Shown here in pieces: positions 8,359-17,580 of a stretch of 64,000 nt of DNA. Origin of the DNA: an uncultured Clostridia bacterium (lineage in GTDB: Bacteria > Bacillota > Clostridia > Christensenellales > CAG-917); the NCBI GenBank assembly GCA_947625145.1, contig CANQNC010000002.1, positions 22,576 to 86,575 of the forward strand, given 5' to 3'. The notes under the pieces are model-generated. The model was not told the origin of the DNA. It worked only from the letters and a program-made list of their open reading frames with translations, and did no database searches. Both the position numbers and the translations under genes were made by a program. Within the stretch, counting starts at the first letter, position 1; the number at the start of each line of letters is the position of its first letter.

Positions 8359-9756
8359 ATGGCAAAAAAGAACAATGTCTGCGTAGAACCGCAGGAGGAA
8401 AAAAAGAAGAAACGCGGCTCGAAAGCGGTCAAAGCGACGATCATCACGCTCGCGTTCGGACTGCTTGCAAGCACGGTGGCGGGGTTGTCCGTCGCGCTGT
8501 ACTACTCAAACCGAACGTTGCAAACGCACGAGAGCTATCAGCGCCAGATGGACGCGGTGTACTTCAAGGCGTACTACGACCTCATTGACGGAGCAAACGA
8601 CATGGGCGTCACCCTGCGCAAGATAGGAGTGTCAAACACTCCGTCCATGCAACAGTCCATGCTGTACGAGGTGTGGAGCGCGGCGGAGCTTGCGGAAAAC
8701 AGCCTCGGCGTGTTCGAGGCTGCAAGCGACGGGCTTGTCAAGGCGCAGAAGTTTGTCAATCAGCTTGGAGACTATGCGCATGCGCTCGCCCTCCGCATAT
8801 CTGACGGCGAGGCGCTGACCGAGGAGGAAAAGGCTACGCTCGCGAAGCTCGGCGATGTCGCGCAGGCGTATCTCAGAGCGCTCGAACGCTTGAAGGAGAG
8901 CGTGGACGAGGGCAAACTGTTTGTGGGCGAAGGCGGCGCCTTGGACGGCGTCGAGGACGCGTTTTCGGAGTTTGCCGAACCGAGTTTCGCGTATCCCGAG
9001 ATGATCTACGACGGGCCCTTTTCGGACGCCCTCGAAAATCGAGCTCCCAAGGGGCTTGGCGGCGAGGAAATATCCGAGGAGAGGGGGAAAGAACTCGTTG
9101 CAAAAATGTTTGAATGTTCGGACATAGCGTATCTCGGCGAGGGGGAAGGAGACATACCCACCCTCAACTTCTCCTTTGAAGAGGAAGGGGCAAACGCGTT
9201 TGTCCAGCTTGCAAAAAGGGGCGGCGCGCTTGTGTCTTACAATCGCGGATACGCGGACGACGCCCTCCCTTCCGCCACAGAGGAAGCGGGAGCGTCCTGT
9301 CAACGCGCGGCGCTTGAATTTGCAAGCAAAATGGGCTTCGAGGACATGCAAGTGGTGTGGTCGTCCTCCGCGGACGGGGAGTGCGTGATCAATCTTGCGC
9401 CCGTACGCGACGGCGTTATCCTCTATCCCGACCTCGTAAAGATCAAGGTCAGGGAGAACGGCTCCGTCGTGACGGGAGCGGACGCTTCGCACTATGCGCT
9501 CAATCACGCCGAGAGGACCCTCCCCGCGCCCGCGCTGAGCGAGGCGGAAGCGGCGAAAGCGCTCTCTGTCCCCGCGGACTCCGAGGGCAAACTGTCCCTC
9601 ATCCCTCTGCGCGGAACGAGGGAGTATCTCGCGTACGAGTTCGAGTGCCACGTGGGCGACGCGACCTATTACGTCTATGTGGACGCCGCCACGGGCAAGG
9701 AGATCAACATACTCTACGTCCTCGACGACTCGAGGATGGGCGCGCGCACGGTCTGA
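8359..9756 (+). CDS. ypeB: Germination protein YpeB
   Basis: Directly downstream of sleB; N-terminal TM, YPEMIYDGPFSD, ILYPDLVKIKV, YVYVDAATGKE (PepSY) motifs. Confidence 0.93.
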   Translation: MAKKNNVCVEPQEEKKKKRGSKAVKATIITLAFGLLASTVAGLSVALYYSNRTLQTHESYQRQMDAVYFKAYYDLIDGANDMGVTLRKIGVSNTPSMQQSMLYEVWSAAELAENSLGVFEAASDGLVKAQKFVNQLGDYAHALALRISDGEALTEEEKATLAKLGDVAQAYLRALERLKESVDEGKLFVGEGGALDGVEDAFSEFAEPSFAYPEMIYDGPFSDALENRAPKGLGGEEISEERGKELVAKMFECSDIAYLGEGEGDIPTLNFSFEEEGANAFVQLAKRGGALVSYNRGYADDALPSATEEAGASCQRAALEFASKMGFEDMQVVWSSSADGECVINLAPVRDGVILYPDLVKIKVRENGSVVTGADASHYALNHAERTLPAPALSEAEAAKALSVPADSEGKLSLIPLRGTREYLAYEFECHVGDATYYVYVDAATGKEINILYVLDDSRMGARTV

Positions 9757-9780
9757 AAAAGGCCCAAAAACAGCTCATAT

Positions 9781-9935
9781 CGTCTTGAAAGAGAGTTTTA
9801 AGACGACTTGAAAATGAAGTGTCCGAAAAGACTTGAAGAAAAGGCTCCAAAAGGCTTGAAAGAGAAGTCTAAAACGGATTGAAAGAAAGGGGCAATCGGC
9901 TTGAAAAAGGACTCGAAACGGCTTGAAAGAAAAAG
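9781..9935. repeat. Array of 7 degenerate 22-25-bp units with a (C/A)TTGAA core
   Basis: TTGAA at 9785, 9808, 9833, 9856, 9879, 9901, 9923. Confidence 0.75.
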
Positions 9936-9967
9936 CCGAAACCCGAAAGATATAAAAACCGAAAAAT

Positions 9968-10000
9968 AAAAAAACGGCATTGCGGAAGCGTGCCGTTTTT
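9968..10000. terminator. Bidirectional intrinsic terminator
   Basis: AAAAAAACGGCATTGC-GGAA-GCGTGCCGTTTTT. Confidence 0.8.
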
Positions 10001-10021
10001 GTCGTTTGTCATTTTTGCGGC

Positions 10022-11122
10022 TCAAAACTCTTTGGAGCTTTTGAAGGTCAGTTTCCCCTCCGCGGACACTGTTGCAAGCACGGTGCCGAGTTCGTCCGTG
10101 CGGTATATCTCCATACCTCTTGCCGTCAGGCGTTCCAGCAGCTCCGCCGTGGGATGCCCATACGAGTTGCCCGCGCCGCTGCTTATCACGGCGTATTCGC
10201 AATTGACCGCCCGCAAAAACTCCTCCGAGGAGGACGTCGTACTGCCGTGGTGCGCGACTTTGAGGACGTCGCAGTCCTTGAAGCCTATGCGCTCCGTGAC
10301 GGACGGTTCGTTCATCTCGTTGCTGTCCCCCGTAAAGACGAAGCGGATGGAGTTGTATTCCAAAATGCCCACAGGGGACACGGCGTTCAAATTAAGCGCG
10401 TCGCGCGTGTTGTCGGTGTCCGCGTAGTAGTCCGCGGTCGGGCAGTAAAAGGTGAACGTGTAGGTGTTGCCCTCGTCCTTTATGACGATGTTGTTTGTGC
10501 GCTCGGAGTCGTCCATGTTCAGGTGGACGGCGCAATTCGGCTCGTTCAGCGCGGCGACGAAAAAGTTTGCGTAATCCGTGGTGTCCACATAGTCCTTGTC
10601 CGTGAACATGGCAAGTTTTTTCGCGTTTACGGAGGGGTATGCGCTCATCTTTTCGTCCGAGGGGCGAAGCGCGGGCATATACACGTTTTCCACCGAATAT
10701 CTTTCAAGCACGTCGTCCAGATATCGTACGTGGTCCGCGTCCGTGTGCGTGAGCATAAGATGATTCAGCTTGCCGTCCGTGACAAGCGTGTCCAAATACG
10801 CAAGCACGCCCTCGGACGCGCCCAGCCCGCCCGACTTTGTGCTTCCGCCGTCGATCAGCATGTCGTTGCCGTCGGGGAAGGAGATGTAGACGCAATCCCC
10901 CTGTCCCACGTCTATGAAGTAGACCGCAAGCTCCCCTTCGCCATGGTTGAGAGGCTCGCCGAACAGCGCGGCAATGATGTTGTTCCACGCGCTCGGAAAG
11001 CCGAAGCGAAGTATGCATATCGTCGCAATCGCGATCACAAGGACCACGGCGATCACGATTATCGCGATTTTGGGATTTTTTCTCGCGGCGCGTTTTGCCG
11101 CGCGCACAGCCCTGTTTGACAT
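10022..11122 (-). CDS. Membrane-anchored ComEC/Rec2-like metallo-beta-lactamase-fold hydrolase
   Basis: FIDVGQGD, LIDGG, THTDADH, FTGD, KVAHHGS, NSYGHP, YRTDELG motifs; N-terminal TM; true start MSNRAV 6 nt after TATAAT. Confidence 0.9.
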   Translation of the reverse strand: MSNRAVRAAKRAARKNPKIAIIVIAVVLVIAIATICILRFGFPSAWNNIIAALFGEPLNHGEGELAVYFIDVGQGDCVYISFPDGNDMLIDGGSTKSGGLGASEGVLAYLDTLVTDGKLNHLMLTHTDADHVRYLDDVLERYSVENVYMPALRPSDEKMSAYPSVNAKKLAMFTDKDYVDTTDYANFFVAALNEPNCAVHLNMDDSERTNNIVIKDEGNTYTFTFYCPTADYYADTDNTRDALNLNAVSPVGILEYNSIRFVFTGDSNEMNEPSVTERIGFKDCDVLKVAHHGSTTSSSEEFLRAVNCEYAVISSGAGNSYGHPTAELLERLTARGMEIYRTDELGTVLATVSAEGKLTFKSSKEF

Positions 11123-11427
11123 GCTTACATTATATAAAATTCTTCCGCGCAAAGCAATTTGTATTTTCTCTTTTTCAAAAAATCCGCGCTTTCTTGCGCA
11201 AACGCTTGCGGAGCATGGAGAAGCTCTTCCTTGCGCAAACGCTTCGGAGCAAGAGGAAGCGCTTTCAAATTTTCGTCCGACGCCGCGCATAGAGCGGGGA
11301 GTAGCGCATGCAAACAGCTCTCGCGATTTTTTACAGGTTCTCCCGTCAAAAACAAGTCGGCACGCGCAAACGGCGTTTGCGCGGCGCTCAAAGAGGCGGA
11401 CGTCCGCCGAAAGAGCCTCTTTCAAAC

Positions 11428-11456
11428 TTGACAATCGCGCGCAAAGATCTTATGAT
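11428..11456 (+). promoter_or_regulatory. sigmaA promoter
   Basis: TTGACA-17 nt-TATGAT. Confidence 0.7.
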
Positions 11457-11482
11457 ATAGGTATAAATCAACGGAGGCTGTT

Positions 11483-12205
11483 ATGGCATACAGCGGCGAG
11501 GGAGTCAACGCGCTTGTCTGCGCGATCGACGATTTGAAAAACACGACGATCCTTGCGGTCGAAACAAGAGTCAGAGCCATCCTCAAATGCTTGGCGTATT
11601 ACAAGGAGTTCAGGGACGTGCTCGAAGTCTGCAATCGAGGCTTCGATTTTCAGGCGGAACAGGCGAGAGCGTTCGGCAAAATAGGGGATTCGGACGTGCT
11701 CCGTCTGCCCAAGGAAAAAAAAGCGCTTGTCGCGTTTGTCGCGGCAATGCTTGTGGAGTTCGACGCGGGCACGGCGGACATAGTGCTGTTTGTCACCCGC
11801 CTCTATCCCTCCCCCTCGAAACAGGAGAGCCTCGCCGTGTTCTGCGACAAGGTTATGGAGCCTTTCAAGCTGGCGATCGTGGATTTTGTGTGCAACGGCT
11901 GTGAAGAGGATCCCGTCGCGGTGGAGCGTACCGTGCAATTTGCGCCAAACGGGCTTCAACAGCAGACGGCGCATCTGCTTGTCGCGATGATGAACGCCGT
12001 GCGCGAGGCGGCAATGGACACGGACGAAAGGGCGGAGCTTACCGTGATGCTTGAGGGGCTAGCCGCCGCGCTTGACGCAAGAGATACGCTGATGATCAAG
12101 GCGGTTTGGCTTGGGCTTCGCTTCCGCCTCGCCTCCAAGAAGCTGTGCAAAAAAGAGGTCGCCGCCCTTGACGACGCGCTAAGGCTGTATTTGGTGCAAA
12201 AGTGA
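11483..12205 (+). CDS. Hypothetical helical protein (240 aa)
   Basis: GGAGG RBS, promoter upstream, native codon usage; no family recognised. Confidence 0.8.
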   Translation: MAYSGEGVNALVCAIDDLKNTTILAVETRVRAILKCLAYYKEFRDVLEVCNRGFDFQAEQARAFGKIGDSDVLRLPKEKKALVAFVAAMLVEFDAGTADIVLFVTRLYPSPSKQESLAVFCDKVMEPFKLAIVDFVCNGCEEDPVAVERTVQFAPNGLQQQTAHLLVAMMNAVREAAMDTDERAELTVMLEGLAAALDARDTLMIKAVWLGLRFRLASKKLCKKEVAALDDALRLYLVQK

Positions 12206-12375
12206 TCTGACTTTTTTCAAAAGAAGGCGAAATCGTCAAACGAAGCGCACCGTTTTGTCAAACGCGTCGCCGTCCCGCTCTTCCGAATTTGTCGAGGCAG
12301 TCGGGCTTTATATGAACTTTTGCTTTTATCCATGGCGGCGCGCATAGGCGCATAAAAAATCATCAACGCAAAACG

Positions 12376-12399
12376 AACGGCTTGACAGAGCCGTTTTTT
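12376..12399. terminator. Intrinsic terminator between convergent genes
   Basis: AACGGCTT-GACA-GAGCCGTTTTTT. Confidence 0.65.
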
Positions 12400-12401
12400 G
12401 T

Positions 12402-12908
12402 TTACATGACGCGACACAGCGCGCACGCCGTGACTGTGCCCAAGAGAGTGCAAAACAGGGATACGGGTATGGCATAGCGCAACTTTTTTGTTTTGCAGGC
12501 GGACAGATACACCGCGGAGATATAAAAGATGGTCTCGGACGCGCCCGAGATCACGGCGGCGCATCTTGCGACATAGCTGTCCACGCCGTGTTCTGCTATG
12601 ATGGATTCCAAAAGCGCGACCGTCCCGTTGCCCGACAGCGGGACGAGCAACATAAGTTGAGCGATCTCGGACGGAATGCCTATGTAGGACAGCGGCTTTT
12701 GAAGCGCGCGCGCAACCATGTCCGCAAGCCCGCTTGCCTTGAACGCCTCTATGCACACGAATATCGCGGCGATATACGGGAACACGCTTTTGACAAGGGA
12801 GAGGCTGTCCCTCGCTCCGCCCAAAAAGCAGTCGTACACCTTGACGCGCTTTATCACGCACACGACAAGCAGGACAAGCAACAAGACGGGCAGGATATAC
12901 GCGCTCAT
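12402..12908 (-). CDS. spmB: Spore maturation protein B
   Basis: RVKVYDCFLGGA, PLSGNG, GASETIFYISAVY, KKLRYAIP; 4-nt overlap with spmA. Confidence 0.92.
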   Translation of the reverse strand: MSAYILPVLLLVLLVVCVIKRVKVYDCFLGGARDSLSLVKSVFPYIAAIFVCIEAFKASGLADMVARALQKPLSYIGIPSEIAQLMLLVPLSGNGTVALLESIIAEHGVDSYVARCAAVISGASETIFYISAVYLSACKTKKLRYAIPVSLFCTLLGTVTACALCRVM

Positions 12909-13543
12909 TTTTTCAAACTCCTCGCCTTATGATTTTTGCAAATCGAGGGCTTTATCGCATGAAAATCCGAGGATAAACCCTTGTTTTTGGCGTTTGACGG
13001 CAAGGACAGCGCCTTGCAAAGCAACACTCCCGACGCCGTGGAGATCGTCGTGGAGATCAGCGTGGGCAAAAAGACGGACGCCGCGTTCTCACTGCCGGCC
13101 GCGGCGCGTATCGCAATGACCGTGGCGGGGATAAGCTGAATGGACGTCGCGTTGATCACAAGCAACAAGATCATGTTGTCCGTCGCCCTTTCCCCGCGCT
13201 CCATTGCGCTCATTGCCCTGATCCCCGCGGGCGTAGCCACTCCTCCCATGCCAAGCATGTTTGCCGCGAGGTTGACGGATATCCAATCGTACGCCTCGTC
13301 GGATTCCTTTTTGAACAGCCGCACGACGACGGGGCGAAGCAGGCGGGATAGCTTTTTGTCCAAGCCCGTCGCCTCAGCCATTTGCAGTACGCTCAGCCAA
13401 ACCGCGTAGATCGCGGCGAGCTTCAGCGCAAGCACTATTGCGTTCCGCACTCCATCTATCATCACGGGAAACGCCGTCGCGGGTGCCGTGACTGTCAATA
13501 TCACAAGTGAAACAAGGGTGAGCGCGGTGAATGCGACGTTCAT
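12905..13543 (-). CDS. spmA: Spore maturation protein A
   Basis: NLAANMLGMGGVATPAGIRAM and LVINATSIQLIPATVIAIR signatures. Confidence 0.93.
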   Translation of the reverse strand: MNVAFTALTLVSLVILTVTAPATAFPVMIDGVRNAIVLALKLAAIYAVWLSVLQMAEATGLDKKLSRLLRPVVVRLFKKESDEAYDWISVNLAANMLGMGGVATPAGIRAMSAMERGERATDNMILLLVINATSIQLIPATVIAIRAAAGSENAASVFLPTLISTTISTASGVLLCKALSLPSNAKNKGLSSDFHAIKPSICKNHKARSLKK

Positions 13544-13548
13544 ATCAA

Positions 13549-13576
13549 AACGTATGCCCGAAAGGGATTTTTATGA
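13549..13576 (-). promoter_or_regulatory. sigmaE-type promoter of spmAB
   Basis: Minus strand TCATAAA-13 nt-CATACGTT; spmAB is sigmaE-dependent in Bacillus. Confidence 0.65.
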
Positions 13577-13595
13577 GCGCGGCGGACAAAAAGTG

Positions 13596-13624
13596 TTTAC
13601 AATCTTTCGCTTTGTATGTATAAT
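13596..13624 (+). promoter_or_regulatory. sigmaA promoter for the LRR cluster
   Basis: TTTACA-17 nt-TATAAT. Confidence 0.7.
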
Positions 13625-13750
13625 ATTTATTTAGCATGGTGTCCGCACGTTCGCACGCGCGAGGTGCGCGTGATCGGCACGCGCGAAGTCGGCAACGAGT
13701 TTTGCGCGCGGCGAGACTTTGCGGAAAGGACGAAACCGAGAGGAAAGCGT

Positions 13751-15016
13751 ATGCAAACGGACAATTTGGGCGAAAAAGAGTTTGTGATCGAGGGCTCCGC
13801 GCTTGTGAAGTACAAGGGCGAGGGCGGCGAGGTTGTCGTCCCCGCGGGAGTGACCGAGATCGGCGAGGACGCGTTTTACAAATGTGAAAACGTGACGTCC
13901 GTCGTTCTTCCCGAAGGCGTGACGAAGATCGGGAAGGGGGCTTTTTACGGCTGTGAAAAATTGGAGTCCGTCCTCTTTCCGAGCACTTTGACCGAGATAT
14001 GCGGCAACGCGTTTGGTTGGTGCGTAAGACTGAGCGCGTTGACCCTCCCCGAGGGCTTGACCGACATCGGCGAAAAAGCGTTTGAATATTGCCTCGGACT
14101 CAAGTCCGTTGCGCTTCCCGACAGCGTGACGACGCTTGGCGCCTCGGCGTTTGAAAATTGCAGAAATCTTACGTCCGCGACCCTTTCCGAGGGATTGACG
14201 GAGTTGCGGAGCGCGGTCTTTATGTATTGCGAAAACCTGACCTCGATCGTCATCCCCGAGGGCGTGGTCGAGATTTTTTACAGAGCGTTCAACGGGTGCG
14301 TAAAACTGTCGTCCGTCGTCCTGCCCGATAGCTTGGCGATGATAGACGACGAGGCGTTTTCGCATTGCGAAAGTCTTGTGTCGCTGATCCTCCCCGAATG
14401 TTTGATGCGGATAGGCGGCATGGCGTTTTACTGTTGCGAGAATTTGGATATCGCCGTCCTGCCCGAGCGCGTGACAAAAATCGGCGGCATGGCGTTTTAC
14501 GGGTGCAAAAGTTTGAGCTCCGTCGTCATTCCGAACGGCGTGACGGAGATAGAAAGATGCGCGTTCGAGCGTTGCGAAAATCTGACGTCCGTGGTTTTGC
14601 CTGCGGGCTTGACCAAGATCGAGATGAGCGCGTTTGAGGATTGCAAAAGTCTGACGTCCGTCGTCCTTCCCGAGGGCGTGACCGAGATCGGAATGAACGC
14701 GTTTTACGGTTGCGTGAAGTTGGAGGAGATCGACATCCCCGAAAGCGTGAAGCGCATAGATTTCAAGGCGTTCGGGCATTGCGCGAGCCTGAGGGAGATG
14801 ACCATTCCCTACGGCGTGGAAGAGATGGGCCATGTGGACGTCGATTGGGAAGAGGTTTACGATCATATGGGCGCGCCTCATCAACTGCAAGTGAAGATCG
14901 AGCGCCGCGCGATTTTCGAGGATTGCGACAACTTGCAGACGGTCAGGCTCCCCAAAGGGTTCAAGTATACGCCCTCCGAGCTTGGCTTGACGGACGAACA
15001 GGTCGCCTACTATTGA
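13751..15016 (+). CDS. BspA/Treponema-type leucine-rich repeat (LRR_5) protein, no signal peptide
   Basis: About 15 consecutive 23-aa repeats LxSVxLPEGVTEIGxxAFxxC; GAGAGG RBS before ATG 13751. Confidence 0.9.
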   Translation: MQTDNLGEKEFVIEGSALVKYKGEGGEVVVPAGVTEIGEDAFYKCENVTSVVLPEGVTKIGKGAFYGCEKLESVLFPSTLTEICGNAFGWCVRLSALTLPEGLTDIGEKAFEYCLGLKSVALPDSVTTLGASAFENCRNLTSATLSEGLTELRSAVFMYCENLTSIVIPEGVVEIFYRAFNGCVKLSSVVLPDSLAMIDDEAFSHCESLVSLILPECLMRIGGMAFYCCENLDIAVLPERVTKIGGMAFYGCKSLSSVVIPNGVTEIERCAFERCENLTSVVLPAGLTKIEMSAFEDCKSLTSVVLPEGVTEIGMNAFYGCVKLEEIDIPESVKRIDFKAFGHCASLREMTIPYGVEEMGHVDVDWEEVYDHMGAPHQLQVKIERRAIFEDCDNLQTVRLPKGFKYTPSELGLTDEQVAYY

Positions 15017-15085
15017 CGAGCGGGCGCAACGACATTGCGATATCAAAAATCAAACAAATATAACCAAAAAATTCAGGAGAAAAAT

Positions 15086-16357
15086 GTGACTACGCTTGAA
15101 AATTACGACAGAAACGAGTTTGAGATCGAAGGCTCCACGCTTGTGCGATACAAGGGCGAGGGCGGCGACGTCCTCATCCCCGCGGGCGTGACCGAGATAG
15201 GCGAAGAGGCGTTCGGCAATTGGTGCGGCGGATGCGAGGGGCTGAAATCCGTGACCCTACCCGATGGCATGATCGAGATTGGCGAAAACGCGTTTGAAAA
15301 TTGCAAAAATCTGACGTCCGTCCTCATTCCAAACGGATTGACGAGGATAGGAAAGTCCGCGTTTTCCGCGTGCGCAAGCCTGACAAGTTTGGTCCTCCCC
15401 GACAGCGTGACCGAGATCGGCGGTTTTGCGTTTGCAAAAAGCGGCTTGACGTCCATGACCCTCCCCGCGAGCGTGACAAAGATCGAGGCTTGGACGTTCA
15501 GCGATTGCAAAGATCTGAAGTCGGTCGTCATTCCAAACAGCGTTACGGAGATAGGGAATGGGGCGTTTGCAAGGAGCGGCTTGACGTCGGTTGCGATACC
15601 CGAGGGCGTGACAAAGATCGAAGCGTGGACGTTCAGCGAATGCGCGGATCTGACGTCCGCCGTCCTGCCAAGCGGCGTGACCTTCATCGGGGAAGGCGCG
15701 TTTGAAAACAGCGCTCTCGAGATGGCGGAGCTTCCCTTGCGAGTGACAAGCATAGGGGACTTTGCGTTTGAAGATTGCCACATCGTTGGCAGATTGATCA
15801 TTCCCTCGTCTTTGACGAATATCGGGGAAGCGGCGCTTCCTTTGACGGATATCGACAGCGTCGTGGTCGAGGAGGGAAATCCCAAATACAAGTCGGACGG
15901 AAACTGCGTGATAGAGACCGCCACAAACAGACTTGTCGCGGGTTGTCAAACAAGCGTGATACCCGAATATGTCACAAGCATAGGGGCGCGGGCGTTTTTC
16001 AATTGCTCGCATTTGAAGAGCGTCGTCATTCCGAACAGCGTGACGAGCATAGGAATAGAAGCCTTTTGCGGGTGCGAAGGCTTGCGGGAGATCCTCATCC
16101 CAAACAGCGTAACAAGCATAGAAGTGAACGCATTTGACAGGTGCAAGAATCTGACCTCTGTCGACATCCCCGAAAGCGTGACCGAAATCGGCCATGAGGT
16201 CGAGGTGTACGACGATCAAGAGGACCGCTACGGGACTGTCGAATATCGCTGTCTGTTTAAGGACTGCCCCGCGCTTAAGACCGTTCGGCTCCCGAAAAAA
16301 TTCAAATGGTACGGGATCTTGGGTTCGGGGACTTCCGCCGACGTCGTGCTCTATTGA
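15086..16357 (+). CDS. BspA-type LRR_5 protein, no signal peptide
   Basis: AGGAGA RBS before GTG 15086; LRR_5 repeats interrupted by the VEEGNPKYKSDGNC insert typical of this family. Confidence 0.9.
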   Translation: MTTLENYDRNEFEIEGSTLVRYKGEGGDVLIPAGVTEIGEEAFGNWCGGCEGLKSVTLPDGMIEIGENAFENCKNLTSVLIPNGLTRIGKSAFSACASLTSLVLPDSVTEIGGFAFAKSGLTSMTLPASVTKIEAWTFSDCKDLKSVVIPNSVTEIGNGAFARSGLTSVAIPEGVTKIEAWTFSECADLTSAVLPSGVTFIGEGAFENSALEMAELPLRVTSIGDFAFEDCHIVGRLIIPSSLTNIGEAALPLTDIDSVVVEEGNPKYKSDGNCVIETATNRLVAGCQTSVIPEYVTSIGARAFFNCSHLKSVVIPNSVTSIGIEAFCGCEGLREILIPNSVTSIEVNAFDRCKNLTSVDIPESVTEIGHEVEVYDDQEDRYGTVEYRCLFKDCPALKTVRLPKKFKWYGILGSGTSADVVLY

Positions 16358-16484
16358 TCGCGGGAGCGGAAACGCGGCATAGAGCGTGATGCGGGCAAAA
16401 ACAACGGACATATAAACATATAAAACGAAAATCAAAACGCCTACAACAAAAACGAAAATACAGACAAATAAGGAGAAACAAAAT

Positions 16485-17537
16485 ATGCAAACTGCGGCAC
16501 AACTTTATGAAGAAGGTCAAAGGCTGTTGTTGAGCGGGGACAGAGAGGGCGCGTTCTCGAAGTTTTCGCTTGCGGCGGCGATGGGCAGCGAGGAGGCAAA
16601 ACTTATGCTCGGTTCGGTCTACGGCTTCGACGCGTCCGTGTTCGGAGCGTCCAACGGGGCAAGCGCGCAGAGCGGCGCAACGCAACAAAGAGGAAGCGCG
16701 TCTTCCTCGCAACAGCGTCCCGCCCCGTCCGCGGCAAGACAGGCCGCGCCCGCAAGAAGTTCGATCGGCGGGGGATACGCGCCAAGCGCAAGGCACGAAA
16801 GCGGAGCCTCTTCCCACGCGTCCTCGGCTCCGAGGATTTCCGCCTATGACGCGAATGAATTTGAGATCGTCGGCACAGTGCTTGTAAAATACAAGGGCAG
16901 GGGTCGCGACGTCACAATTCCGCAGGGCGTGACGGAGATCGGATTTCAAGCGTTTGTGAGTTGTTCGACCTTAGAGTCCGTCACAATCCCCGAGGGAGTG
17001 ACAAAAATCGACAAATGCGCGTTTTCGGGTTGTTTGAATCTGGTGAGCGTCTATCTTCCGAAGAGCGTCAGAACAATAGGAGAGAAAGCGTTTGAGGATT
17101 GCGACAATTTGCCGTCGATCGCCATTCCCGACGGCGTAAAGGACATAGACAAAGGCGTCTTTTCGGGGTGCGCCGCGCTCAGGTCCGTCACCATTCCCGA
17201 CAGCGTGTCTTCTGTGTGCGACGAGGCGTTTTTGTATTGCATAAGTTTGAATGATATCCCCAGAATGCGCGGCGTGATCAGCATAGGGGCAAACGCGTTT
17301 TGCGCATGCGAAAGTTTTACGGACATTCGCGTCCCCGACGGCGTTAAGTCTTTGGGAGAAGAGGCGTTCAAAGGTTGCAAGATGTTGAAAACCGCCTATA
17401 TCCCGTCAAGCGTGACGTATATTGGCGCAAACGTGTTTGCAGAGTGTCCCGACCTTCGCAAAGTCGAGTTGCCGTACAGACTGAACGCGGACCTCGGCGT
17501 GCGCACGTGGACGGAAGTCAAATATTATAGGGGTTGA
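16485..17537 (+). CDS. LRR_5 protein with an N-terminal SEL1/TPR-like helical hairpin and Ser/Ala-rich linker
   Basis: AAQLYEEGQRLL...AFSKFSLAAAMGSEEAKLMLG, low-complexity linker, then about 8-9 LRR_5 repeats; AGGAGA RBS. Confidence 0.88.
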   Translation: MQTAAQLYEEGQRLLLSGDREGAFSKFSLAAAMGSEEAKLMLGSVYGFDASVFGASNGASAQSGATQQRGSASSSQQRPAPSAARQAAPARSSIGGGYAPSARHESGASSHASSAPRISAYDANEFEIVGTVLVKYKGRGRDVTIPQGVTEIGFQAFVSCSTLESVTIPEGVTKIDKCAFSGCLNLVSVYLPKSVRTIGEKAFEDCDNLPSIAIPDGVKDIDKGVFSGCAALRSVTIPDSVSSVCDEAFLYCISLNDIPRMRGVISIGANAFCACESFTDIRVPDGVKSLGEEAFKGCKMLKTAYIPSSVTYIGANVFAECPDLRKVELPYRLNADLGVRTWTEVKYYRG

Positions 17538-17580
17538 TCTTGCGCCGAAAAAAGGCAAAACAAGTTCAATCGAGGAGCAT

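Noticed and set aside
9781-9935. CRISPR array (TTGAAA resembles the 3' end of many CRISPR repeats)
   Set aside because: Whole unit is only 22-25 bp, leaving no room for repeat plus spacer; repeats are degenerate; no cas genes in the window
11194-11262. Two-copy ~37-bp direct repeat TTGCGCAAACGCTT(G)CGGAGCA upstream of the MBL gene
   Set aside because: Only two imperfect copies and no further support; most likely a neutral local duplication
10022-11434. N-terminal extensions given by the ORF track (also for 4437-6131, 6978-7799, 13616-15016, 25037-26050, 29778-30968)
   Set aside because: Extensions run through promoter or intergenic DNA and translate as unnatural sequence; shorter starts fit the promoter or RBS positions
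13751-17537. Diversity-generating retroelement or invertible shufflon acting on the LRR genes
   Set aside because: No reverse transcriptase or recombinase in the window; repeat differences do not look adenine-specific; all copies in the same orientation
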